A DNA stretch of 59,090 nucleotides, from positions 1 to 59,090 of the forward strand of contig JAGMZX010000018.1 in the NCBI GenBank assembly GCA_018005585.1, written 5' to 3'. The position numbers were made by a program, and so were the translations under genes. Under the pieces are notes generated by a model. It ran no database searches. It was given only the letters and a program-made list of their open reading frames with translations, and had not been told where the DNA came from. This stretch comes from Candidatus Hydrogenedentota bacterium. GTDB taxonomy: Bacteria > Hydrogenedentota > Hydrogenedentia > Hydrogenedentales > JAGMZX01. Below, piece by piece: positions 1 through 8,366 of this stretch (its first letter is position 1; each line of letters opens with the position of its first letter).

Positions 1-84
1 AATCTGGGCGTCGTTTTCGAGCCGCCGGATGCCGCGAAGCCGGTTGGCTTCATCGACGCGGTCACCCCGCGCTGGGACTGGTAG
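1..84 (+). CDS. 3' end of a gene running in from the left edge (partial; ...NLGVVFEPPDAAKPVGFIDAVTPRWDW*)
   Basis: Frame 1 is open from base 1 to TAG at 82-84 with GC-rich codon usage. Too short to assign. Confidence 0.45.
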   Translation, partial: NLGVVFEPPDAAKPVGFIDAVTPRWDW

Positions 85-300
85 ACCGCAGCCACTAACG
101 CAGGAGCGGCGTCCCCGCCGCTTGCCGTGGCAGGATCAGTCTCCGGAGAAGTGCTGAATGACGGCATGCACGAAGTCGAAACTCAAACAGCGCGTAGCCG
201 CGTTTTGCCTCGAAGACGGCCTGAACTGCTTACTCGCCCGGAGATTGGAGAGATACGCCAACACGTTCCTTCATCAGACCGTCCGGTCTTCCGCTTTGTA

Positions 301-495
301 TCACTTCGTCGTTGCCTCGAATTGCTCATAGCCCTTGATGGGCTGGACCTGCGCCGCCGTGATCTTCACCCCTGCCACGGGCTTGCCGTTCCAGTCGATC
401 AGTTTGCCCTCGACCGCTGACTGTTTCCCGCCGCCGCAGGCCGCCAGGGCCAAAACCAGCAACAGAATTGAAACACGGAACTCGCCGCGTTTCAT
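301..495 (-). pseudogene. Short or truncated lipoprotein: signal peptide with lipobox, then the start of a carboxypeptidase-regulatory-like beta domain
   Basis: MKRGEFRVSILLLVLALAAC has a lipobox (LAAC). GKLIDWNGKPVAGVKITA resembles the first strands of a CarboxypepD_reg-like domain. TGA comes after 64 aa, and several in-frame stops follow. Confidence 0.4.
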
Positions 496-591
496 GACTT
501 TCCCCTCCGTTTTTCCTTCTCGTGGCCGACGCGCACCGCGCGGATTGCGCCTGTTATCCAGCTCTTGCGTGCTCTATTTTGAACCGTTGCC

Positions 592-635
592 TGTCCGAAG
601 GACAAGAATATGATGGCCCAGGGCAACGCCCTGGG
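592..635. repeat. Left 44-bp inverted repeat (REP-like; hairpins TGTCC-GAA-GGACA and CCCAGGGC-AAC-GCCCTGGG)
   Basis: Its reverse complement matches 1307-1350 at 42/44 positions. Confidence 0.9.
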
Positions 636-656
636 GACAAAGACAGGGAAACGCCC

Positions 657-669
657 GCCCTGAAAGGGC
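657..669. repeat. Short REP-like hairpin GCCCTGAAAGGGC, with an inverted partner GCCCCTTCAGGGC at 1152-1164
   Basis: Palindromic. One copy sits on each side of the transposase, in opposite orientations. Confidence 0.75.
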
Positions 670-687
670 AATAGAAGGATTCCTCCC

Positions 688-1140
688 ATGCCACAATCGC
701 TATCGATGAATCTGATCCATCTCATTTACAGCACGAAAAACCGGGATGCCTGCCTCACACCCGCGATTCGACCGAATTTATTCGCATATCAGGCCGCTAT
801 CTTGCGGGAATGGGATAGTCGCGCGATCGTGATTGGCGGTGTCTCAGACCACCTACACACATTGCTTGTGTTATCAAAGAACCACGCCCTATGTAAGGTT
901 GTGGAAGAGGTCAAGAGGAGTTCCTCAAAATGGCTGAAGACACAGGGTCGATCATTTGCGGGATTTCATTGGCAAAATGGATACGGGGCCTTCTCCGTCA
1001 GCCAGTCCCATGTGGCACACGTGCGTCGCTATATCGAGGGCCAAGAAGAACATCACCGCGCAATGTCGTTTCAGGACGAATTCCGGTCGTTCCTGAGGCG
1101 ATACAAGGTCGAATATGATGAACGGTATGTTTGGGATTGA
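688..1140 (+). mobile_element. tnpA: IS200/IS605-family HUH tyrosine transposase (Y1_Tnp), probably REP-associated (RAYT/TnpA_REP-like); no tnpB
   Basis: 150 aa with HLIYSTKNR at the N-terminus, HUH motif DHLH, WQNGYGAFSVS, and catalytic Tyr in RRYIEGQEEHH. Flanked by palindromic repeats. Confidence 0.9.
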
Positions 1141-1190
1141 CCTGTTGTTTCGCCCCTTCAGGGCTTCATTTTTCCGGGCGCCCCTATTTT

Positions 1191-1350
1191 CCCAGGGCGT
1201 TGCCCTGGGCGCTATCATGTCCGAGGGCGTTGCCCTGGGCGCTATCATGTCCGAGGGCGTTGCCCTGGGCTATCATGTCCGAGGGCGTTGCCCTGGGCTA
1301 TCATGTCCCAGGGCGTTGCCCTGGGCTATCATATCCTTGTCCTTCGGACA
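1191..1350. repeat. Tandem array of five REP-like hairpin units (30, 30, 28, 28 bp plus a terminal unit), ending in the right 44-bp inverted repeat (1307-1350)
   Basis: Units start at 1191, 1221, 1251, 1279 and 1307, each CC(C/G)AGGGCGTTGCCCTGGGC(GC)TATCAT. No unique spacers. Confidence 0.92.
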
Positions 1351-1397
1351 AGATGCCGCGCGCCGCTTCCGTTTCCGCTATCGCCGGTCTCCGGAAG

Positions 1398-1430
1398 CCC
1401 TCACCCCGCTCCTCTCCCTCGGGGAGAGGG
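1398..1430. repeat. REP-like element of a second family (CCCTCACCCC..CCTCTCCC..GGGAGAGGG)
   Basis: Hairpin CCTCTCCC-TCG-GGGAGAGG preceded by CCCTCACCCC, a familiar bacterial extragenic-palindrome pattern. Confidence 0.6.
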
Positions 1431-1431
1431 A

Positions 1432-1498
1432 GTGGCACGAACGTACCGCCCGTGATTCAATCCGCGCATGGGAGACATGGGCAAGATGCCCATGCCAC
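1432..1498. repeat. REPIN-like doublet of a third family (GTGGCACG..CCGCCCGTG / CATGGGCAAGATGCCCATGCCAC)
   Basis: Two palindromic arms in inverted orientation with GTGG/CCAC feet. A related copy lies at 30560-30610. Confidence 0.65.
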
Positions 1499-1583
1499 GG
1501 GGTTGTGCCGGGCGGGCCGTTTTCGGAATAATCGGGGCAAGGCGCGGCAGCCGCCGCGCCATGTCCATGCGTGGGAGCCCGCC

Positions 1584-3572
1584 ATGAAAATCCACATCCT
1601 CATGCTTTCCCTGCTTGTGCTGTGCGTTTCGATGACGGCGCATTCGGAAGAGCCCTACTACCGCGACCTGTATCCCGATACCTGGGTAGCGACGGACGCG
1701 CTCGGGCGTACGATGCCGGACGCGCTGGTCGTGGGCCCGCCGAAGACGGACCAGCGGCGGGTCGTGGGCATTTTCTATATCACGTGGCACAGCGACGGCA
1801 TGGCGAAGGCGAAGAGTCCCTGGACCGGCGACGTGTCGAGGATTCTCGCTCAGGACCCGGGCGCGCGCCTGGACGCGGCGCACCCGCTGTGGACGGAGGG
1901 CATGTATCACTGGGGCGAGCCGGAAATGGGCTATTTCCTGAGCAGGGACGAATACGTCATTCGCAAGGACATGTCAATGCTCGCCGATGCGGGCGTCGAC
2001 TTGCTTGTCATGGACGTGACCAACGCGGTGCGCTACTGGGACGAGTGGGACGTGCTCTTCCCGGTCATGCAGCGGATGAAGGCGGAGGGCAACCGCGTGC
2101 CGCAGTTCTGTTTCTGGGCGTATAACGGCCCGTCGATCGTCGTCGTGCAGGATTTGTACGACCGCATCTACGCGGCGGGGAAATACAAGGACCTCTGGTT
2201 CTACTGGGACGGCAAGCCGCTGCTGCTGTACAACGGCACGCCGTCCATCGACTCGACGGGACACGACATCAAACACCCGAACCCCAACTATGACCCGGCG
2301 GCCAAGACAGACCCGAGCCATCCGCACTATGGCGACCCGAAACACACGGTGGAATTCTTCACGGACTACTCGCAGGAGGTAAAGGATTTCTTCACGCTGC
2401 GCACGATGTGGTGGGGTTATTACGAATGGGCGGGCAAGCGCGCCATCGGCTCGGAAGACTATTGGAGTTTCGGATATGACCTGGCCGACGAGCGTGTCAA
2501 GGCAATGACACCCGAGGAACTGGTCTCGCGCCACAACGGCGTGAAGGAGCAGGCGGCGGTCACGCCCGCGCAGCATCCGTCAAGCCTCACCGGCAAATGC
2601 TGGACCCGCGAACACGGCGAACCGGAATTGAACGAATATGACCTGCCCGTGCCCACGCATGTGCCGTGGCTGGGCAAGACGGTCGAGCATCCGGAAGGCT
2701 ACGGCATCTATTTCCAACAGCGGTGGGACGAGGCGATCGAGGCGGGCCCGCAGTTCCTCTATATCAACGACTGGAACGAATGGACCGCGGGAAAGTACCA
2801 GCCGCCGGCGGGGCAGACCTTCAAGTTCATGCGGCGCGACAACCCGTTCTTCTTCGTCGATCAGTACAACGCGGAGTTCAACCGCTGCATTCACCCCATG
2901 CGCGGCGGGTATACCGACAATTACTACATGCAGATGGCGCAGAACATCCGCCGCTACAAGGGCGCGCGGCCCATTCCGGAACTGCGCGGGCTGACGCCGG
3001 TCCAGATTGACGGCGCATTCGAAGACTGGGAGGCGGTCAGCGTGGAGTACCGCGACACCGCGGGCGACACATTCCACCGCGACTATCCGGGCTACGGCGG
3101 CGCGCATTACACGAACGACTCCGGCCGCAATGACCTGCTAACGTGCAAGGTCGCCGTCGGCGCGGAATCCGTGTGCTTCCATGCGGCCACGCGGGAGCCG
3201 GTCACGCCGCACACGGACCGGCATTGGATGATGCTGTTGCTGGACGCCGACCGGAACCACGACACCGGTTGGCACGGTTACGACTATCTCGTCAACTACC
3301 GCGTAATCGACGAAGACACTACGACACTGATGCGCTGGGACGCGGCGTCGGGCACTTGGGTCGAGCAGGCGCAACTCGCCTATCGCTACGCGGCTAATGC
3401 GCTCGAACTGGCCGTGCCGCGCGAATGGATCGGGCTGTCCGGCGGCGAAATGACATTCGACTTCAAGTGGACCGATAACCCCGCCGACCTGAACGACCCG
3501 ATATCCCTGTGTCTCAACGGCGACACCGCCCCGAACCGCCGCTTCAATTACCGCTGCATCTGGAAGCAGTGA
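1584..3572 (+). CDS. Secreted glycoside hydrolase-like protein (GH99/GH71-like barrel plus a C-terminal CBM9/DOMON-like domain)
   Basis: Sec signal MKIHILMLSLLVLCVSMTAHS. Motifs DTWVATDALGR, VGIFYITWH, HWGEPEMGYF, ADAGVD, NDWNEW, and IDGAFEDW at the start of the C-terminal domain. The ORF-track extension to 1131 is translated REP DNA. Confidence 0.7.
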   Translation: MKIHILMLSLLVLCVSMTAHSEEPYYRDLYPDTWVATDALGRTMPDALVVGPPKTDQRRVVGIFYITWHSDGMAKAKSPWTGDVSRILAQDPGARLDAAHPLWTEGMYHWGEPEMGYFLSRDEYVIRKDMSMLADAGVDLLVMDVTNAVRYWDEWDVLFPVMQRMKAEGNRVPQFCFWAYNGPSIVVVQDLYDRIYAAGKYKDLWFYWDGKPLLLYNGTPSIDSTGHDIKHPNPNYDPAAKTDPSHPHYGDPKHTVEFFTDYSQEVKDFFTLRTMWWGYYEWAGKRAIGSEDYWSFGYDLADERVKAMTPEELVSRHNGVKEQAAVTPAQHPSSLTGKCWTREHGEPELNEYDLPVPTHVPWLGKTVEHPEGYGIYFQQRWDEAIEAGPQFLYINDWNEWTAGKYQPPAGQTFKFMRRDNPFFFVDQYNAEFNRCIHPMRGGYTDNYYMQMAQNIRRYKGARPIPELRGLTPVQIDGAFEDWEAVSVEYRDTAGDTFHRDYPGYGGAHYTNDSGRNDLLTCKVAVGAESVCFHAATREPVTPHTDRHWMMLLLDADRNHDTGWHGYDYLVNYRVIDEDTTTLMRWDAASGTWVEQAQLAYRYAANALELAVPREWIGLSGGEMTFDFKWTDNPADLNDPISLCLNGDTAPNRRFNYRCIWKQ

Positions 3573-3646
3573 GAGGAAGTGGTCCTGTGAAGAGTTGAAC
3601 AGGATGATGTTTCGCTGAGCCAATCTGCGGCGTGAAGGGAGACGGC

Positions 3647-4411
3647 ATGGGGAAACTCAGACCCAGCGGCGGCTATCGCGACACGGCCAGTTTTCAGGCG
3701 GCGACGATCATCTACGACGCCACCTACTGGTTTTGCGAGACATTTCTCGATTCCCGTTCGCGCACGGTGGACCAGATGGTCCAGGCCGCGCGCTCCGGCC
3801 GTCAGAACATCGCCGAGGGCAGTCGTGCCGCGGCGACCTCTTCGCAAACTGAGTTGCGTCTGCTGAACGTGGCGCGTTCGAGCCTGGAAGAACTGCTGCT
3901 CGACTTCGAGGACTTTCTGCGGCACCGGCGCCTCCCGAAATCGGGCCCCGACGCGCCGGAGGCCTTGGCTGTCCGGCAAGTGCCGCAGCGGTTCAAGCGG
4001 GAGCGGCCAGATCGGACGGATCTGACCGGTCTGTCGGATCAAGAGCGCTGGACGCTGTACGCGCCGTGGCTCGATCACGCCGACCCCGCCGTGCGCGCCA
4101 ACGCGATCATCTGCCTGAACCACCAGGCCAATTTCCTGCTTGACCAGCAAATCGCCGCGCTGGAAAAGGCATTTGTCGAGGGCGGCGGTTACAGCGAACA
4201 ACTCGCCGCTGCGCGGCTCGCGGAGCGCGAGCGGCGCAAACACGATCCGCATGATCGGTCTGACCCGCCTGGTCCGTCAAAGCGCATTCCCGAATGCCCG
4301 AACTGCGGCAAGGCCATGGTCCTGCGTACCGCGCAGAAGGGCAAAAGCGCCGGAAAACAGTTTTGGGGCTGCTCAGCATACCCGGATTGCACGGGCCTGG
4401 TGGAGAACTGA
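3647..4411 (+). CDS. Four-helix-bundle (suffix-domain type) protein with a C-terminal topoisomerase-type C4 zinc ribbon
   Basis: DQMVQAARSGRQNIAEGS, LNVARSSLEELLLDFEDFLR, and CPNCGKAMVLR...FWGCSAYPDC. RBS AAGGGAGA before ATG 3647. Confidence 0.85.
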   Translation: MGKLRPSGGYRDTASFQAATIIYDATYWFCETFLDSRSRTVDQMVQAARSGRQNIAEGSRAAATSSQTELRLLNVARSSLEELLLDFEDFLRHRRLPKSGPDAPEALAVRQVPQRFKRERPDRTDLTGLSDQERWTLYAPWLDHADPAVRANAIICLNHQANFLLDQQIAALEKAFVEGGGYSEQLAAARLAERERRKHDPHDRSDPPGPSKRIPECPNCGKAMVLRTAQKGKSAGKQFWGCSAYPDCTGLVEN

Positions 4412-4708
4412 CCCAAGCCGCCAAAATTCTCGGCATCACGCGCGTGCGGCTCTGAGGAACAAGGACGAATCGCGGCAGTCGGCGCCGCCATGGCCCGCCT
4501 TGTCGGGATTGATGTCGCATCCCGCCCATAGGAAAGTGATAGCACCCGCCTTTGCGAAACGTTCCGGCGCGGCAAGAGCCGTCACCGTCCGAAGCTTGCG
4601 AATTCCTTACAACCCCGACACAAGGCGCTGACACCCTTTGCCGGTCGGGAAGCTATCGTGCATTCGGGAACTCGGTCTGGGACCGAGCCGAAGACAGGAG
4701 AATGCACG

Positions 4709-6364
4709 ATGAAAAAGACATGGGTATTGGCGGGGTTGCTGGGCGCGTGGGCATGCGTGTCCGCCGTGATGGCGGAGCCGGTGGCGCTTACGCCGCGGGT
4801 CACGGACGCGGCCCTGTACAAGCACGGCTACGGGTATGTCACGGCGTCGGTGACGCTGCCCGCAGGCGCGGGGGACATTGCTGTCGGGGAACTGCCGGAA
4901 GCGGCGCTGGGCACGTTCTGGTTCGAGCCGCTGCCGGACGGGACGCATGTCTCGGCCGTGCGCCGGGAATCGCGCAAGGAGACCATGGAAACGCCTGCCG
5001 CCACGATCGCGGACCTGATACGCCTGAATGCGAACCGCCGCGTGCGACTGCTAACGGACCAGGACGAATTGTCGGGGGTGTTGCTAGGGTCTGTGGCTCC
5101 GGCACCTGACAGAGACACGGAGGAGACGCCCGCCGGCATCCCGGTGAAGCCGCTCGCCGCGGATTCGTTGTGCCTGCTGCGGACGGACGACGGCGGCACC
5201 GTCGCGTTGCGCACGCCGGAAATCCGGCGGCTGGTGCTCCTGGAGGACGGCGTGTTCACGGAACCGGTCGAGCGCGACACGTGGCGCCTCGCCTGCACGC
5301 TTTCCGGGCCGTGCGGCGGCGGCGAACTGCGCATGCACTACCTGGTCTACGGATTGAGCTGGATTCCGGCATACGAAATCGGCCTGCGCGACGACGATAC
5401 GGCCCGTGTCGTGTTCCGGGGCACAATTCTCAACGACGCCGTCTCGCTCGATGGTTGCGCGGTGTCGTTCGTCGCGGGGCATCCGAATTTCCGGTTGCGC
5501 ACCGTTCAGGACGCACTCCTTTCACCGCTTCCAATCGCGGAATTCTACAGTGCGCTGCAGCGGGCATTTGAGCCCGCCGGCCGTTACGACGGCGGGATGA
5601 CGACGCAGAGCCCCGGTGTGCCGTGGTTCGTGAGCAATTCACCGGGTCCCGTCGAGCAAGTCCGCGTGCAGCCGCAACAGGTCGAATTGGACGGATCGTT
5701 CGAGGAGGACATGTTCTTCTATGCGCCGGTGCATGCGACGCTCGAACGGGGCGAACGCGGCGCGTTTCTTATTGGCAAACACGATGTCCCGTGTGAGCAC
5801 GTTTATCTCTGGGAGGTCTCGGACATGGCGCCCCGGGATTGGGGCGGGAGCGGCGAAGGGTTGGCCAATCCTGCCGCGGACGCACAAACCGTGTGGCACT
5901 CGCTACGTCTTACGAACGCGTCGGGCGCGCCCTGGACCACGGGGTCCGTACTCGTGACGCGTGGCGGAAACCCCATCAGCCAGGATGTCCTTCAGTACAC
6001 GCCGCCGGGCGCGGTGGCGGATTTCCGGCTTACCAAGGCGCTGGGCGTGACCGCTTCGAGCCAAGACCAGGAGACCAACCGCAGAAACAACGTGATTCGC
6101 CGCTACCTCCGCGGCGGGCCGGACGAAATCGTCACGGTGCGCGGTGTCATGCGCATTCGGAACAACGAGAACGACACCGTGCGGGTCGTAATCAAGAAGC
6201 GTTTTGTCGGCACTTTGCTCGAGACCGCGCCCGAAGCCAAGGTCTCGAAAAGCGCCGAGAATATCCGCAGTTACAATCCGGCCGGCGAGATGGAGTGGCA
6301 GGCGGATCTGGCGCCCGGCGAAGAAAAGGAATTTACGTATAGTCTCGACATGCTGGTCTACTAA
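4709..6364 (+). CDS. Secreted DUF4139-domain protein
   Basis: Signal peptide, ALYKHGYGYV, LHYLVYGLSWIPAYEI, SLRLTNASGAPWTTG, and a terminal W..DLAPGEEKEFTY. RBS AGGAG at 4696. Confidence 0.75.
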   Translation: MKKTWVLAGLLGAWACVSAVMAEPVALTPRVTDAALYKHGYGYVTASVTLPAGAGDIAVGELPEAALGTFWFEPLPDGTHVSAVRRESRKETMETPAATIADLIRLNANRRVRLLTDQDELSGVLLGSVAPAPDRDTEETPAGIPVKPLAADSLCLLRTDDGGTVALRTPEIRRLVLLEDGVFTEPVERDTWRLACTLSGPCGGGELRMHYLVYGLSWIPAYEIGLRDDDTARVVFRGTILNDAVSLDGCAVSFVAGHPNFRLRTVQDALLSPLPIAEFYSALQRAFEPAGRYDGGMTTQSPGVPWFVSNSPGPVEQVRVQPQQVELDGSFEEDMFFYAPVHATLERGERGAFLIGKHDVPCEHVYLWEVSDMAPRDWGGSGEGLANPAADAQTVWHSLRLTNASGAPWTTGSVLVTRGGNPISQDVLQYTPPGAVADFRLTKALGVTASSQDQETNRRNNVIRRYLRGGPDEIVTVRGVMRIRNNENDTVRVVIKKRFVGTLLETAPEAKVSKSAENIRSYNPAGEMEWQADLAPGEEKEFTYSLDMLVY

Positions 6365-6443
6365 GGGAACGCGGGACATGGCGGGAGGCGGCGGTTGTGC
6401 TTGTGAAAGCGACGGTACGCTGTCGCACTCCATCGCATTGGAA

Positions 6444-7592
6444 TCAGGGCCGGCGCATGCGGAAGCGTTCGAGGACGTCATGCACGTCGCGCCGGTCGAG
6501 CGGCGGGGCGCTGCTGTAGAAAAGATGGGTCGCGCAGGCGCAATCCGTGCAGCCGAACCCGCGCGAGCCGGGTGCGAGCACGCGCGCGAGGGCGTGAGCC
6601 AGGTCGCATTCGAGACGGACGGATGCGCGGACGGCCAAGGCCTCGACCGGCGCGGCGCGCGGGCGCAGGTAGTCGATGTGCCAGTGGCGCGTCTTGTGCG
6701 GGCGCAGGTGCCGGGCCATGCGCGCGGCAAGGTTGGCCATCGCGGAGCCTACGTAGATGTAATGACCCTTGCGGAACGGGACGGCTCCCAGCGAGCCGAC
6801 TTCGACCCGCGTGGTTTCCTTGAGTTCCAGGAGCAAGAGATACGCGCCCCGGTCCTGCGCCTCGCGGTCGATGTGCTCCCAGGGAATATCGAGCAGCCGC
6901 ACGCCGCGTCCGAGCGTGAGGTCCTCGCGCCACGTCACCGAGACGGGCAGGATGCGCACATAATCGCGCACGTCGAGCAGGGTCCGGCTGAACGCGAGGT
7001 CCGTGTGGAAATCGGGCATGAACCAGCGCACGTTCGGCGTGTGCACGACAAACACCACGGCCGTGCGCGTGCCGCTGCGCGCCATTTCCGCAAGTTCGAG
7101 CAGGTGCCTGCGCCCGCGCTCCGTCACGGCGTCGGGGAACATGGCCACGCCGTTCCCGAACAGCGTGCAGGACTTCACCTCGACGTAGAGCTCGCCGGCC
7201 GCGTCGCGCAGCAGGAAATCGAAGCGGCTGCGCCCCACGGGCGCTTCCGCGCGCACGATGGCGGCGTGTTCCAGTCCCGGGATGCGCCGGCGTTCGAGCA
7301 GGCGCCGCGCCACCGCGTTCGTCGCGTGGGTGTGCAGCAGCACGGGCGCGCCGTCGCGCTCCACGGCCACGGCGGTAAAGCGGGTCCTGCGCGCCGCGCC
7401 GGGATCCGCGTTCTCCGTGACGTACAGTGTCGCGCCGGGGAGCAGCAGCTCGCGCAATCGGCCCGGATTTGGCAGGAACGCCTCGACGGGCGGGCGCCCC
7501 GGCGGCGCGCAGCTCACCAGGAACCGGTTGGGCCGCGCGATGAAACGCGCCTGGAAAACCGGTGTCGTGAAGAAACGATTGGACGCGCGCAT
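6444..7592 (-). CDS. sfsA: SfsA (PD-(D/E)XK DNA/RNA nuclease family) fused to a C-terminal GIY-YIG (DUF123/Uri-like) domain
   Basis: N-terminal half: RPNRF, LPNPGRLRELL, VEVKSCTL, FPDAVTERGRRHL. C-terminal half: GAYLLLL...GHYIYVGSA, HWHIDYL, GFGCTDCACATHL. Confidence 0.88.
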   Translation of the reverse strand: MRASNRFFTTPVFQARFIARPNRFLVSCAPPGRPPVEAFLPNPGRLRELLLPGATLYVTENADPGAARRTRFTAVAVERDGAPVLLHTHATNAVARRLLERRRIPGLEHAAIVRAEAPVGRSRFDFLLRDAAGELYVEVKSCTLFGNGVAMFPDAVTERGRRHLLELAEMARSGTRTAVVFVVHTPNVRWFMPDFHTDLAFSRTLLDVRDYVRILPVSVTWREDLTLGRGVRLLDIPWEHIDREAQDRGAYLLLLELKETTRVEVGSLGAVPFRKGHYIYVGSAMANLAARMARHLRPHKTRHWHIDYLRPRAAPVEALAVRASVRLECDLAHALARVLAPGSRGFGCTDCACATHLFYSSAPPLDRRDVHDVLERFRMRRP

Positions 7593-7667
7593 GCGTGCGT
7601 GTTTCCCTCCGGTGGATACAACGCGGCGCGGAAACGCGGGAATCGCGGGCCGCGCCGGATGCGAGGG

Positions 7668-8366
7668 TCAAGAGTGGAGCATCGCGGGCCGGGAATCAAC
7701 TTCCGGCCGGCCAAAGAAACGCTGGTAGTTGAAGACCCACAAGGTGATGAACCCCATGCAGCCGAGGATATGCCAGAACGCATGCCAAGGAAAGACATAG
7801 AGGCTGATTTCGTCATTGCCTGCTGCCGCGACGAACATCCCGGCCAAGAAGAACAGGAAGAACATCCAGAACAGGGGCCGCGCATGGCGGGGGATCTTCC
7901 GGAACGACACGGCAATCACGCCGACGCACACCCAGGCGTTCAAGATCAGCGCCAGTTCCCCAAAGTAGAACTGGCCGAAATCCCCGAAGTTCACGACGGG
8001 TTTCTTCTCGATGGCCCAGATTTCCAAGGCGAGATAGGCCCATACGCACAGGTTGACCGTCGTGGACGCCGCAATCAATGCACGGCTCGCCCGCGGATGC
8101 AGGAAGTCCCGGCTGAACGCAATCTGCAGGGCGAATGCGAGCAGAATGTTGGTGCCTACGTCAAAGAAGGACGCCACGCGGTACCCTTCCACGGAGTGGA
8201 GCCAGACCGTGGGGATGCCGGTGATCAGGACGCACGCATACACGAACATCCAGCGCCCGGGCTGCCGGCGCGTGAACGCCGTAAAGAGCAACGGCAATAT
8301 GCCTCCGAAGCAGGTGCAATAGGACGTGACAATATTCGCGAGCTGGGCGTCGTGCTGGTAGGCCAT
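7668..8366 (-). CDS. Multi-pass membrane protein with CREST-superfamily (ceramidase/PAQR-like) metal motifs
   Basis: About seven hydrophobic segments, with T-x3-H (PTVWLH), a TM Asp (FFDVG) and H-x3-H (WHAFWH). Start taken at MAYQHD (8366); 8414 is possible. Confidence 0.6.
   Translation of the reverse strand: MAYQHDAQLANIVTSYCTCFGGILPLLFTAFTRRQPGRWMFVYACVLITGIPTVWLHSVEGYRVASFFDVGTNILLAFALQIAFSRDFLHPRASRALIAASTTVNLCVWAYLALEIWAIEKKPVVNFGDFGQFYFGELALILNAWVCVGVIAVSFRKIPRHARPLFWMFFLFFLAGMFVAAAGNDEISLYVFPWHAFWHILGCMGFITLWVFNYQRFFGRPEVDSRPAMLHS

Noticed and set aside
1191-1332. Tandem 28-30 bp palindromic repeats as a CRISPR array
   Set aside because: The units are contiguous with no unique spacers, there are no cas genes, and they match the REP-like repeat on the other side of the transposase.
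1131-1583. N-terminal extensions of ORFs 1131-3572 and 30358-33147
   Set aside because: They are translations of REP DNA (CPRALPWA repeats, GTGVPPV, HGQDAHAT) or of the upstream gene's other frame; better starts exist at 1584 and 30637.
3647-4411. DGR accessory Avd or a 23S rRNA intervening-sequence protein
   Set aside because: No reverse transcriptase, TR/VR repeat pair or rRNA sequence in the window.
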